Below, one piece after another: positions 1 through 9,801 of a DNA stretch of 40,821 nucleotides. A program made the position numbers and the translations under genes. The notes under the pieces are model-generated. The model made no database searches and was not told the DNA's origin. It saw only the letters and a list, made by a program, of their open reading frames with translations. The DNA comes from Mycoplasma sp. (GTDB lineage: Bacteria > Bacillota_I > Bacilli_A > Mycoplasmatales > Mycoplasmoidaceae): positions 1-40,821 of the forward strand of contig JAZOSV010000002.1 of assembly GCA_045657345.1 (NCBI GenBank), in the 5' to 3' direction. Each line of letters starts with the position of its first letter. The stretch's first letter is position 1.

Positions 1-30
1 ATCATGAGTTATTTGAGTGTATAACATAAT

Positions 31-64
31 TGCTCCCTTTCCGTACTAAAGGGGGCACTTTTTT
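31..64 (+). terminator. Rho-independent terminator-like hairpin
   Basis: TGCTCCCTTT (31-40) pairs with AAAGGGGGCA (48-57): 10 bp including one G-U, with a 7-nt loop, followed by CTTTTTT. It sits just after a + strand frame ending at TAA 22-24. Confidence 0.5.
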
Positions 65-139
65 ATATATTTACAAAATTAAAAAGTGCTCCACCTTTAT
101 TTTATCAAAGGCGTTGCACTTAATAATTCAATTTGGGAA

Positions 140-164
140 AGCAAGTGAGATGCTTGCTTTTTTT
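140..164 (+). terminator. Second terminator-like hairpin
   Basis: AGCAAG (140-145) pairs with CTTGCT (153-158) around a 7-nt loop, and the stem runs into a T-run (158-164). Confidence 0.4.
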
Positions 165-250
165 ATTAAATTAGTTCTTAATCAATGATTTTTTTGATTT
201 AAATTTTAAATAATTTAATTTAAAATCAATGTGCTAAAATATGGAATGTT

Positions 251-1324
251 ATGAAAAAAACTTCACATAATGATAACTATACACAATTAAATATTAATTA
301 TTCAATTAATTTTCCAGATTTTAATAAAGAGGAAGTAAAATACATTTTCCGCAATGTTAAAAAGATAGGTTTTTATCCAAATAACCATGATAATGGTAAA
401 TATTGTTATTCTATTTCATATTTTGGTCTCTTTAATTGTAACAAGTTACAAGATAACATTGAACTTTATAATGATTCCTTTATTACTTTTTTAATAGGTT
501 TAACTAATACTAATATTCAAAGTTTTGATTATTATGATTGTTCTTATACATTATTGAAAAATATCCCAGATACGATAATACCAGATTCAGGATCTATAAA
601 TGTTTATAAACATTTGTTTATTTCAAATTTCACAAGTAAAAATCTTAATAAATTTTCTTATCATCAAGTAGAATGTAATCTTAATAAAAATTTTCAAAAT
701 AATTGTGGTTTATATTTTATAAGAACAAATAATAATTTGTTTGCTACACAACAAACAAATTTTGATTTTTCTTTAAATTTTACAAACCAAGAAAATTATG
801 TCTTTTTTTGAGACTATTTGTTTTGAGACCATTTGTATAATTACAATATTTCAAATTCTAATAATGATATTAAGTCAAATTCTTTTCTAAATAATATTGA
901 TCATAAAACTTTTGATAAAGTAAATATAAATATATCATCTAAAGATATTAATAAAACACATTTTTCTTTTGAAAATCCATACTGGGAAGAAGATTATATT
1001 GAAAAAAATTTTTTTACATTTATTATCCCGCCAAAAGATTACATTGAAGATTTTTACCAATATTTGTACTTTATTCAACAATATTTTGAATATTTAAACT
1101 TTATTGAACCATTTGATTATTTTTATTATCACTTGCAAATTATCAGTAATATGCAGACTATTAATGAACAACAGTTAGTTACTAATTTTTTAGAAACTCA
1201 TATAAAAGATGATGGTTTTTCATTTACAACTAATTTAGATAAAGAAATATTTAAGGAACAATTAACACCTGAACATTATAACAATATTAAAATATCTTGA
1301 AATAACATGCATTATTTAATTTAG
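251..1324 (+). CDS. Hypothetical protein, 357 aa, Asn/Phe/Tyr-rich, no recognisable domain
   Basis: Track ORFs 251-811 and 833-1300 are in the same frame and join through in-frame TGA codons at 809, 824 and 1298. The frame ends at a TAG-TAG double stop (1322-1327). I saw no obvious signal peptide or TM segment. Confidence 0.55.
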
Positions 1325-1327
1325 TAG

Positions 1328-1798
1328 ATAAGGCTATTTAAAAAAGTTCAAAATAAATTTTATAATGATAAAGAAAAATATTTAATACCTAAGTATGTAG
1401 TAATGCTACTATTATGTAAAAGTAAATTTATCCTACAAAAAAATGTAATTTCTTATACAAAAATTAATAAGCATGTAGCTCTAATTGAGTTTCTCAAAAA
1501 TTGCTACACTTCCAAACTACATCAATGATAAAGACGATTAGGGATGGTTGTACAATTGCTTCTGCTACTATGTCAGGTGCAGGCAGGTAAATTTTAGATT
1601 ACTAGTACCATCAAATGAAGGCAGTAATAAATATTTAGCATAACATTAGGAGTATGACCATGCAATATTAGTCCAATAATTACAATGGGCACAGGTTGGT
1701 CATATCAAAGTGCTATTAATTATCCTAAAGATAGTATTATTGGTAAAATGCTATCACCTAATGCTAGTTCATGATTAAAAGAATGTAAATACTTTTAA
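1328..1798 (+). pseudogene. Probable decayed continuation of the 251-1324 gene
   Basis: After the TAG-TAG stop the same frame stays open for 67 sense codons (1328-1528). Protein-like open pieces then continue in shifted frames (1525-1590 ..RDGCTIASATMSGAGR; 1631-1798 ..GVWPCNISPIITMGTGWSYQSAINYPKDSIIGKM..). The stretch looks less AT-rich than true intergenic DNA. Confidence 0.3.
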
Positions 1799-2009
1799 TT
1801 CATCTATAATAACTACTCGTAGTTTAATGATAGCTAGATACTATTATTCCGCTTATTCTTGACATTTAATAATATTTTTCTTAAGCAAAAATAAGAAAAA
1901 TAAAATTTTATTTTTGTATTTTAAATATTGTTATTAAAGTAATCAATGATTTTATTATGCTTAAAATATCAAAAATAACAAAAATATTTAAATTATTAAA
2001 TATTCATAG

Positions 2010-2015
2010 TATAAT
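2010..2015 (+). promoter_or_regulatory. Candidate -10 box (TATAAT) for the S10 operon
   Basis: Perfect TATAAT about 88 nt upstream of the rpsJ ATG, with TTTAAA about 16 nt further upstream. It is the only consensus -10 I see in the gap. Confidence 0.3.
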
Positions 2016-2102
2016 ACATATGCTTTAAGTTGATTTGATACACCAAAAAGAGTTGTCAATATAGCTTAAAAAGCAATTTTAGAAAGGTTTAGAAATAAAT
2101 TT

Positions 2103-2408
2103 ATGAGTCAAGAACTTAGAATTAAATTAGTTTCATATGATCACCAATTATTGGATCAATCTGTGAAAAAAATAGTTGAAATCTCAAAATCTACCAATGC
2201 TAAAATTCGTGGTCCTATTCCTTTACCAACAAAAAAGGAAATTTTCACTATATTAAGATCACCACATGTGAATAAATCAAGTCGTGAACAATTTGAACGT
2301 CGTACACATAAGCGTTTAATCATATTAGATAATGCTCAGGCTCAAACAATTGATAGTTTAAAACGTTTGGTTATTCCTACTGGTGTAGAGATATTTATTA
2401 AGTTATAA
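2103..2408 (+). CDS. rpsJ: 30S ribosomal protein uS10
   Basis: 101 aa, [17 protein letters not shown]..; first gene of the canonical S10 operon order. Confidence 0.95.
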   Translation: MSQELRIKLVSYDHQLLDQSVKKIVEISKSTNAKIRGPIPLPTKKEIFTILRSPHVNKSSREQFERRTHKRLIILDNAQAQTIDSLKRLVIPTGVEIFIKL

Positions 2409-2431
2409 GGTTTTTTTAGGAGGTTTTAATT

Positions 2432-3187
2432 ATGAAGGCTATATTAGGTACAAAAATAGGAATGATAAGTATATTTGATGAACAAGGTAAAATGCACGCT
2501 GCAACAGTTGTCTATGTTGAACCTAATAAAGTTTTAGCTGTTAAAACCAAAGATAAAAATGGTTATGATTCATTAAAATTAGGATATGAAACAATTGCTG
2601 AAAAAAAATTAAATTCACCAACAAAAGGTCAATTTAAGAAGATTAATCAAGAACCTAAGAAATATGTAAAAGAGTTTAGAAATTTTACTGGTTATAATGT
2701 AGGAGATGAAATAAAAGTAGATATTTTTACTAAAGGTGAATTTGTTGATATTCAAGGAACTAGTAAAGGTCATGGTTTTACTGGTTCAATTAAAAGACAT
2801 AATTTTGCTATTGGTCCTTTAGGTCATGGAGCAGGATATCCTCATCGTTATGTTGGTTCTATTTCTGGTGGTCGTGGTGGTAGCCAAGCACAAAGAGTTT
2901 TTAAAGGAACTGAACTTCCAGGACATTATGGACATGAAAATGTAACTATATCTAATTTATTAATTCTAGATGTTAATACTAAAGACAACCTTTTAATTAT
3001 TAAAGGAGCTATTCCAGGGAATAAGCGTGGTTTAGTTTATATTAGATCTTCTAAGAAAAAACCAAATGATAAGAAAGAAATTAATTTATTTTCTTTATCA
3101 AGTAAAACTAAAAATAATGAACCTGAAATAAAACAAGAAACTCCTACTAATAATCAACAAACTGTAAATGAAGGAGGTAGTCAATAA
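2432..3187 (+). CDS. rplC: 50S ribosomal protein uL3 with C-terminal tail
   Basis: 251 aa, ..GTSKGHGFTGSIKRHNF..; AGGAGG RBS; follows rpsJ. Confidence 0.95.
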   Translation: MKAILGTKIGMISIFDEQGKMHAATVVYVEPNKVLAVKTKDKNGYDSLKLGYETIAEKKLNSPTKGQFKKINQEPKKYVKEFRNFTGYNVGDEIKVDIFTKGEFVDIQGTSKGHGFTGSIKRHNFAIGPLGHGAGYPHRYVGSISGGRGGSQAQRVFKGTELPGHYGHENVTISNLLILDVNTKDNLLIIKGAIPGNKRGLVYIRSSKKKPNDKKEINLFSLSSKTKNNEPEIKQETPTNNQQTVNEGGSQ

Positions 3188-3819
3188 TGTCAACATCTAT
3201 TAAATTATTAGATATTAATGGTAATGTAAAAGGAAATATCAATTTTGATGAATCACTTTTGGTTAAAACTCCACATAAGCAAGCAATGTTTGATTGTGTT
3301 ATTGCTGAAAATGCTTCTATTCGTCAGGGGACACACTCGACCTTAACTAAGGGAGAAGTTCGTGGTGGTGGTAAAAAACCATGAAGACAAAAACATACTG
3401 GTAAAGCTAGAGCAGGTTCCACTCGTAACCCACATTGAGTTGGTGGTGGTGTTGCTTTTGGTCCTAAACCAAATCGTAATTATTTAAAAAAAGTTAATTC
3501 AAAGGTTTTTAAACTAGCTTTCAAATCAGCTTTATCATTAAAGCTTAAGGATCAAAATATTTTTGGTTTAGATGATGGTGTAGCACTAAAAAAACCTTCT
3601 ACCAAGACAATTATTACTTTTTTAAAAAATGCTGACTTAGTTAACAAAAAAGTTTTATTTATAACTAATGAAGAAGACAATATTAAATTATCAACTAATA
3701 ATATTCAAAAAGTTAATACTAAGAAATGAAATAAGGTTTCTGTTAAGGACTTACTACACACAAACATTGTAGTTATTCAAGAAGGAACAATTAGCAAGAT
3801 GAAAGAGGTGTTTGCATAA
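3187..3819 (+). CDS. rplD: 50S ribosomal protein uL4
   Basis: The track ORF 3187-3384 continues through TGA codons: ..[37 protein letters not shown].. Ends TAA 3817-3819, overlapping the rplW ATG (TAATG). Confidence 0.93.
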
Positions 3820-4313
3820 TGGAATTATCGAATGTAATTATCAAACCATATCATACTGAAAAAAGTTACTTTTTAAGAAAGTTTCAAGAAAATTCTTGTT
3901 TAGCTTTCTTGGTTAATCGTCATGCAACTAAATTAGATGTTAAAAAAGCATTTAAGTTAATTTATGATGTTGAGCCTGTAAAAATAAATATTTTAAATAG
4001 GAAATCACAACAATTTAGACAAGGTACATTAAAACCTGGTAGAACTCCTGCTTTACGAATTGCTTACATTTTCTTACCAAAAGGTGTTCAAATCGCTATT
4101 ACTAAAGATGAGATTGAAGAAGCAGCTAAAAACAATAAAGAAGCTGATTCATCTAAAACAAAGAAGCAAAGTGTTGTTTTAGAACAAAAGAAAGAAAATA
4201 ACGATAATCCAAAAATAGAAAGAAAAAAAGTTTCTAAAAAAGAAAATGTTTCTAATGACCATAACATAAAAGTGGCAAAGAAGTCTATTAGAAAGCAAGC
4301 AAAAGGAAAATAG
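3819..4313 (+). CDS. rplW: 50S ribosomal protein uL23 with Lys/Glu-rich C-terminal tail
   Basis: 164 aa; operon position between rplD and rplB; N-terminal part is uL23-like (..IIKPYHTEKS..). Confidence 0.9.
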   Translation: MELSNVIIKPYHTEKSYFLRKFQENSCLAFLVNRHATKLDVKKAFKLIYDVEPVKINILNRKSQQFRQGTLKPGRTPALRIAYIFLPKGVQIAITKDEIEEAAKNNKEADSSKTKKQSVVLEQKKENNDNPKIERKKVSKKENVSNDHNIKVAKKSIRKQAKGK

Positions 4314-4327
4314 TTAGGAGGTAATTG

Positions 4328-5170
4328 ATGGCAGTTAGAAGAATCAAAAATAGAAGTAGTGGTAAAAGGCAAACAGTAATGATTGACTATAAAAGTGTAT
4401 TGACTACTTCAACACCAGAAAAAACTTTATTAACTAATCTAAAGAAAACCTCTGGAAGAAACAATCAAGGAAAAATCACTGTAAGACATCATGGTGGTGG
4501 AGCAAAAAGAAAATATCGTATCATTGATTTCAAAAGGGATAAAGATGGAAAAGTTGGAGTTATTAAATCAATAGAATATGATCCAAATAGAACTTGTTTT
4601 ATTTCATTAGTCAATTATGAAGATGGTGAAAAACGTTATATTATCAGTCCTAAAGGAATTAAAGTTGGAGATAAGATTATTTCTGGTAAAGAAAAAGTTG
4701 ATATAAAGTTAGGTAATTGTTTACCATTAGAATTTATTCCTGAAGGTACAATGGTACATAATGTAGAATTAACTCCTGGTTTTGGTGGGCAATTAGCTCG
4801 TAGTGCCGGTACTAGCATCCAAATTTTAGGTTTTGATGAAACTAATAAATATGTAATTTGTAAAATGGTTTCAAGTGAAGTACGAAAAATTAGAAAAGAA
4901 TGCCGTGCTACTATTGGCGAAGTTTCTAATGAAGATCATAATTTAGTGAATATCGGTAAAGCAGGAAGGAATCGTCATCGTGGAATTAGACCAACTGTTA
5001 GAGGGTCTGCAATGAACCCAAATGATCACCCACATGGTGGTGGTGAAGGTCGTCAACCTATTGGTATGGATGCACCTAGAACACCTTGAGGAAAAAGGCA
5101 TATGGGGGTTAAAACAAGAAAACAAAAACAACCATCTAGCAATTTAATTATTAGAAGGAGGGTAAAGTAG
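4328..5170 (+). CDS. rplB: 50S ribosomal protein uL2
   Basis: ..[16 protein letters not shown].. and ..HPHGGGEGR..; joined through TGA 5087. ATG 4328 is 7 nt after AGGAGG; TTG 4325 is an alternative start. Confidence 0.95.
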
Positions 5171-5176
5171 CTATAT

Positions 5177-5449
5177 ATGTCTAGAAGTTCAAAAAAAGGT
5201 CCTTTTGTTGATACACATTTAATGAAAAAAGTACAAGCAATGAATAGTACTGATAAAAAGAAACCAATTAAAGCATGATCAAGGCGTAGTACCATTTTTC
5301 CAGAATTTGTAGGTTTAACATTTGATGTTCATAATGGGAAGAATTTTATTAAAGTGTATATAACTGAAGATATGGTTGGAAGAAAATTAGGTGAATTTGC
5401 ACCAACACGTGTTTTTAAACAACATACAGAAGCAAAACGTGAACAATAA
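5177..5449 (+). CDS. rpsS: 30S ribosomal protein uS19
   Basis: [40 protein letters not shown]; absent from the track because of an internal TGA (..KAWSRRS..). Confidence 0.93.
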
Positions 5450-5480
5450 TTATTAATTAAAAATAAAGGAGAAAAAAATT

Positions 5481-6188
5481 ATGGTTTGTAAAGTTATTCA
5501 AAGAAATGTAAGAGTATCATCAAGAAAAGCAAAATTAGTTTGTGACTTAATAAGAAATAAGCCAATCAAACAAGCATTAGTTATTTTGCAACATAACTCA
5601 AAGAAAGCATCAAAAATAATTAAAAAATTATTAGAGAGTGCCATTGCGAATGCAACCAATAATCATGCAATGAATGCAGAAAAATTATATGTTTATAATA
5701 TCTTTGCTAATCAAGGTCCAACTTGAAAAAGAACAATGCCAAGAGCACGTGGTTCAGCAGATATGATCTTTAAAAGAACAACCCACATCGAAATTCATTT
5801 AAGTGATGATCCAAATGAAAGATATTTATACCTACAAAATTTAAAATCTCATTCATCAAATAAAACAGATAAAAAAATTAAAAAGGTTATTACTAATACT
5901 AAAGAAGTTAAAAAAGAAAAACCTAAAATGGTAAATGGCATTAGCACTGATCAAAAACATATTGTAGTAACAACAGCTGAATTTGATGAATACAACTATC
6001 AAAAACGTCTAAAAGATTGAAGAAAAAAAGCTGGCTATAATGAAAAACCACATACATGTTATAAATGTAAAGAAGGTGATTGCCATACTTCAATTTTATT
6101 AGAAAACAAAAAACACATTTGTTACACTTGTTGAATTAAAAAACCTGATACAACAAGTTCAAAAGGAAAAAAAATAAATAAAGGATAA
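5481..6188 (+). CDS. rplV: 50S ribosomal protein uL22 with long C-terminal extension carrying a Cys4 cluster
   Basis: The conserved core ..[27 protein letters not shown].. spans TGA 5724. The frame stays open through TGA 6018 and 6132 to TAA 6186, giving 235 aa. Confidence 0.85.
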
Positions 6189-6191
6189 TAT

Positions 6192-6923
6192 ATGGGTCAA
6201 AAAGTTAATTCAAACGGACTAAGATATGGGATATATAAAGAATGACAATCTAGATGAATTGCTAGTAGCAACAAAGAAATGGCATTGTGACTAGTTCAAG
6301 ATGATAAAATTAGAAAATTCTTCTTTAATAAATACAAAACTGCTGAGATTAATAATATTGAAATTGAGCGAAACAAAAAAGATGTAGTTTTATTTATTCA
6401 TGCCGCTCAACCTGGGATTATTCTTGAACCAGAAGTTCAAAAAAAGATTATTGTTGAAATTGCTAAAATTATAGGTCGTCAATTCAAAGTTATTTTAAAT
6501 GTTATTGCTATCCCAAATACATATGTTAATGCTAGAATCCTTGCAAGAGAAATTGCTAATGACATTGAAAGAAGAGTATCTTTTAGAATTGCACAAAAAC
6601 TTGCAATCAAAAAAGCAATGCGTGCTGGTGCATTAGGAATTAAAACTAGAGTATCAGGTCGTTTAGGTGGTGTTGAAATGGCGAGAGAAGAAGGATATTC
6701 TGAAGGAATTGTTACACTTTCAACATTACGTACAGATATTGATTATGCTTTAGAAGAAGCTCACACTACATATGGTATTATTGGTGTAAAGGTTTGAGTT
6801 AACCGAGGTGAAATTTTTAGAAAAGGAGAGATTTCTAAAATTTGTTTAAATCCACCTTCATCTATCCAAACAATTAAATCTAAACCAATGAGTAATAAAG
6901 CAACTACAAAAGGGAGGGAATAG
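6192..6923 (+). CDS. rpsC: 30S ribosomal protein uS3
   Basis: [22 protein letters not shown]..; several in-frame TGA codons explain its absence from the track; 243 aa. Confidence 0.93.
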
Positions 6924-6928
6924 AAATT

Positions 6929-7345
6929 ATGTTACAACCAAAAAGAACAAAATATCGTAAACCTCACAAGATTAGTTATGAAGGAAAAGCAAAAGGAAAC
7001 ACTTATATTTCTTTTGGTGAGTATGGTTTAATGGCAACAACTGGAGCTTGAATTGATACAAAACAGATTGAAGCAGCACGGATTGCTATTTCTAAACGTT
7101 TAGGTAAAACAGGAAAAATGTGAATTCGAATTTTTCCACATTTGTCAATGACTAAAAAACCATTAGAAGTAAGAATGGGTTCTGGTAAAGGTTCACCAGA
7201 AAAATGAGTAGCTGTTGTTAAAAAAGGCACAATTATGTTTGAAATTGCTGGTATTGGTGAAGAATTAAGTAAAGATGCTTTAAGAGCAGCAGGAAACAAG
7301 CTTTGTACATCTTGAAAGATTGTTAAAAAAGAAGGGGGTAAGTAA
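6929..7345 (+). CDS. rplP: 50S ribosomal protein uL16
   Basis: [14 protein letters not shown]..; internal TGA codons; 138 aa. Confidence 0.93.
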
Positions 7346-7348
7346 GTT

Positions 7349-7606
7349 ATGGTAAATATGGCTAAAGAACTTCGTAAGAAGTCTACCCAAGAATTAACAG
7401 AATTAATTATCAAGTGTAAAGAACAATTATTACAAATTAGATTTAGTATTGCTAATGGAGAAACAGAAAAAGCTAACAACATTAGCGAACTTAAAAAAAC
7501 AATTGCAAGATCTTTTACAATCCTAAATGAAAGAATGGCAATTGACCAAAAGAAATCTAATGAAAGTCAAAAAGCTTCAAGTACAAAGAAAGGAAATAAA
7601 AAATAA
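7349..7606 (+). CDS. rpmC: 50S ribosomal protein uL29
   Basis: ..[17 protein letters not shown]..; operon position. Alternative start ATG 7358. Confidence 0.88.
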   Translation: MVNMAKELRKKSTQELTELIIKCKEQLLQIRFSIANGETEKANNISELKKTIARSFTILNERMAIDQKKSNESQKASSTKKGNKK

Positions 7607-7878
7607 TGCCAGCTCAAGTTACAGTTGAAAGAAATCGTAGAAAAGTTCTTATGGGTATTGTTGTTTCAACTAAAATGGATAAAACCATTACAGTTATGGT
7701 TGAGAGAAAATCTAAGCACCCTTTATATAAAAAATTAGTAATTACTCATAAAAAATATCATGCACACGATGAAAAACAAGAATGTAAAGTAAATGATCGT
7801 GTTGAGATAATTGAAACAAGACCATTATCAAAAACAAAATTCTTTAGATTAAATAGAATTATTGAGAAAGCAAAATAA
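7606..7878 (+). CDS. rpsQ: 30S ribosomal protein uS17
   Basis: 90 aa, ..[19 protein letters not shown]..; start overlaps the rpmC stop (TAATG). Confidence 0.92.
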   Translation: MPAQVTVERNRRKVLMGIVVSTKMDKTITVMVERKSKHPLYKKLVITHKKYHAHDEKQECKVNDRVEIIETRPLSKTKFFRLNRIIEKAK

Positions 7879-7903
7879 GAGTTAAGTAGTAAAGGAGATT
7901 ATT

Positions 7904-8272
7904 ATGATTCAACACATGTCAAGATTAAAAGTGGCAGACAATACAGGAGCTAAAGAGGTAGGAGTTATCAAGGTTTTAGGTGGCTCTAAGCGTCGTTATG
8001 CTTTCATTGGCGATGTAATCATTGTTTCTGTTAAAAAATGTCAACCTGGTGGTCCAATCACAAAAGGTCAAATTTTTAAAGCTGTTATTGTAAGAACAAA
8101 AAAAGGAGTTCATCGTAGTTCAGGAGCAGTTTTAAAATTTGATGAAAATGCATGTGTATTAATTAAAGAAGATAAATCTCCTCGTGGTAGTCGTATTTTT
8201 GGCCCAATTGCTAGAGAATTAAGAGATAAGGGATATGCTAAAATAGTTTCCTTAGCACCTGAGGTATTATAA
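7904..8272 (+). CDS. rplN: 50S ribosomal protein uL14
   Basis: [18 protein letters not shown].., 122 aa. Confidence 0.95.
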   Translation: MIQHMSRLKVADNTGAKEVGVIKVLGGSKRRYAFIGDVIIVSVKKCQPGGPITKGQIFKAVIVRTKKGVHRSSGAVLKFDENACVLIKEDKSPRGSRIFGPIARELRDKGYAKIVSLAPEVL

Positions 8273-8284
8273 GGAGTTTGGTTT

Positions 8285-8614
8285 ATGAATAGATTAATTA
8301 AAGGCGATCGAGTAAGAGTTATTTCAGGAAAATTAAAAGGTTTAGAAGGTGTTATTTTAAGTGTTAATTTAAAAGAACAAACTGCTATTGTTGAAGGAAT
8401 AAATAAAGTTAAAAAACATGTAAAACCAAACCAAGAAAATGAAAAAGGTGGCATTATTGAAGTTGATGCCCCAATTAGATTATGCAAATTAGCATTAATT
8501 GATCCAAAGGGTAAAGGTGCTACTACAAAAGTTAGATATGAAAAAGATAAAAAAAATAATAAAAAAGTTAGAATCACTAAGTTATCAGGAACTAATTTAA
8601 ATGAAAAGAAGTAA
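8285..8614 (+). CDS. rplX: 50S ribosomal protein uL24
   Basis: KOW-like [13 protein letters not shown]; operon position. Confidence 0.92.
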   Translation: MNRLIKGDRVRVISGKLKGLEGVILSVNLKEQTAIVEGINKVKKHVKPNQENEKGGIIEVDAPIRLCKLALIDPKGKGATTKVRYEKDKKNNKKVRITKLSGTNLNEKK

Positions 8615-8624
8615 GGAGTTTTAA

Positions 8625-9176
8625 ATGAGTAGTGTTTTAAAAGAAATTTACAAAAAAGAAATTGCACCTGAACTTCAAAAAGAATTTAAATTTAGTTCTG
8701 TGATGCAAATTCCAAAGTTAGAAAAGATAGTAATTAATGCAGGTATCGGCGATGCAGCGCATGATGTTAAAAATTTAGATGCTGCTGTTAATGAACTTTT
8801 ATTAATTACTGGACAAAAACCAGTTATAACTAAGGCAAAAAAATCAATTGCTACTTATAAAGTGCGTGAAGGTCAAGGAATTGGTTGTAAGGTAACATTA
8901 AGAGGGGAAAAAATGTGAAATTTTGCTTATATGTTATTTAATGTTGCATTACCTCGTGTTCGTGATTTTAGAGGTTTGAATCCACACTCTTTTGATGGAC
9001 GTGGAAATTACACTATTGGAATTAAAGAACAGATTATTTTTCCACAAGTAGTTTATGACAATGTCAAAAGAATTAGAGGTTTTGATATTACTTTTGTAAC
9101 TTCTACAAATAGTGATAAAGAAGCATTAAGTTTATTAAATAGACTTGGAGCTCCAATTAGAAAGGTAAACAAATAA
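8625..9176 (+). CDS. rplE: 50S ribosomal protein uL5
   Basis: Track ORFs 8625-8918 and 8931-9176 share a frame and join through TGA 8916; 183 aa. Confidence 0.93.
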
Positions 9177-9177
9177 T

Positions 9178-9363
9178 ATGGCTAAAAAATCATTGATTGA
9201 AAAACAAAAAAAACACCAAAAATTTACAGTAAGAAACTACACAAGATGTCAAAGATGTGGACGACCACATGCTGTTTTAAGAAAATTTGGTATTTGCCGT
9301 TTATGCTTTAGGGATTTAGCTTACAAAGGAGCAATTCCTGGTGTAAAGAAAGCATCATGATAG
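9178..9363 (+). CDS. rpsN: 30S ribosomal protein uS14, type Z, zinc-binding form
   Basis: 61 aa with CQRC..CRLC, ending ..GVKKASW where the final Trp is TGA 9358, followed by TAG. Confidence 0.93.
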
Positions 9364-9375
9364 GAGAAGGAAAAT

Positions 9376-9768
9376 ATGCATATAGATCCAATCGCTGAAT
9401 TATTAACTAAAATAAGAAATGCTAAAAAAACATATAAGCAATCTGTTTTTGTTTCACATTCTAACTTAAAAATTGCTATTTTAGAGATTCTAAAAAAGGA
9501 AGGTTTTATTAAAGATTTTGAAATTACTACAAAAGACAAGAAGAAAGAAGTAGAGATTAAATTAAAATATAAAAATCGAGCTTCTGCTATTCATGGATTA
9601 AGACAAATATCTAAACCAGGTTTACGAATTTATTCTGAAGCAACAAAATTACCAAAAGTTCTTAATGGTTTAGGAATTGTATTGGTTTCAACTTCAAAGG
9701 GAGTAATGACTGATAAAGAAGCGAGAAAGGAAAATGTTGGCGGTGAAATTATCGCTTATGTTTGATAA
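9376..9768 (+). CDS. rpsH: 30S ribosomal protein uS8
   Basis: 130 aa; ends ..IIAYVW with TGA as Trp, then TAA. Confidence 0.93.
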
Positions 9769-9801
9769 CTAATTTAAGGTAATAAGGAAAGGAGCAAAAG
9801 T

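Noticed and set aside
1500-1800. The less AT-rich, ORF-free stretch considered as a structured RNA gene (RNase P RNA, tmRNA, 4.5S or 6S).
   Set aside because: I found no GAGGAAAGTCC-type RNase P core and no GGGG...CCACCA tmRNA ends or tag-reading-frame context. The protein-like open segments in shifting frames fit a gene remnant better. A covariance-model scan (Rfam) would settle it.
2016-2102. S10-operon leader considered as an L4-type autoregulatory attenuator.
   Set aside because: Only weak, imperfect pairing is visible (GCTTTAAG / CTTAAAAAGC arms), with no T-run terminator. The E. coli L4 leader is not known to be conserved in Mollicutes.
7003-7482. Long antisense ORFs inside the ribosomal operon (7003-7482, 8110-8667, 4088-4372, 4636-4818, 4943-5131, 5053-5295, 9321-9539, 13303-13530, all minus strand).
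   Set aside because: Each lies fully antisense to a strongly conserved ribosomal or adk gene. Their products are hydrophobic and low-complexity with no motifs. They are the expected by-product of a codon-biased AT-rich sense strand lacking complementary stop codons.
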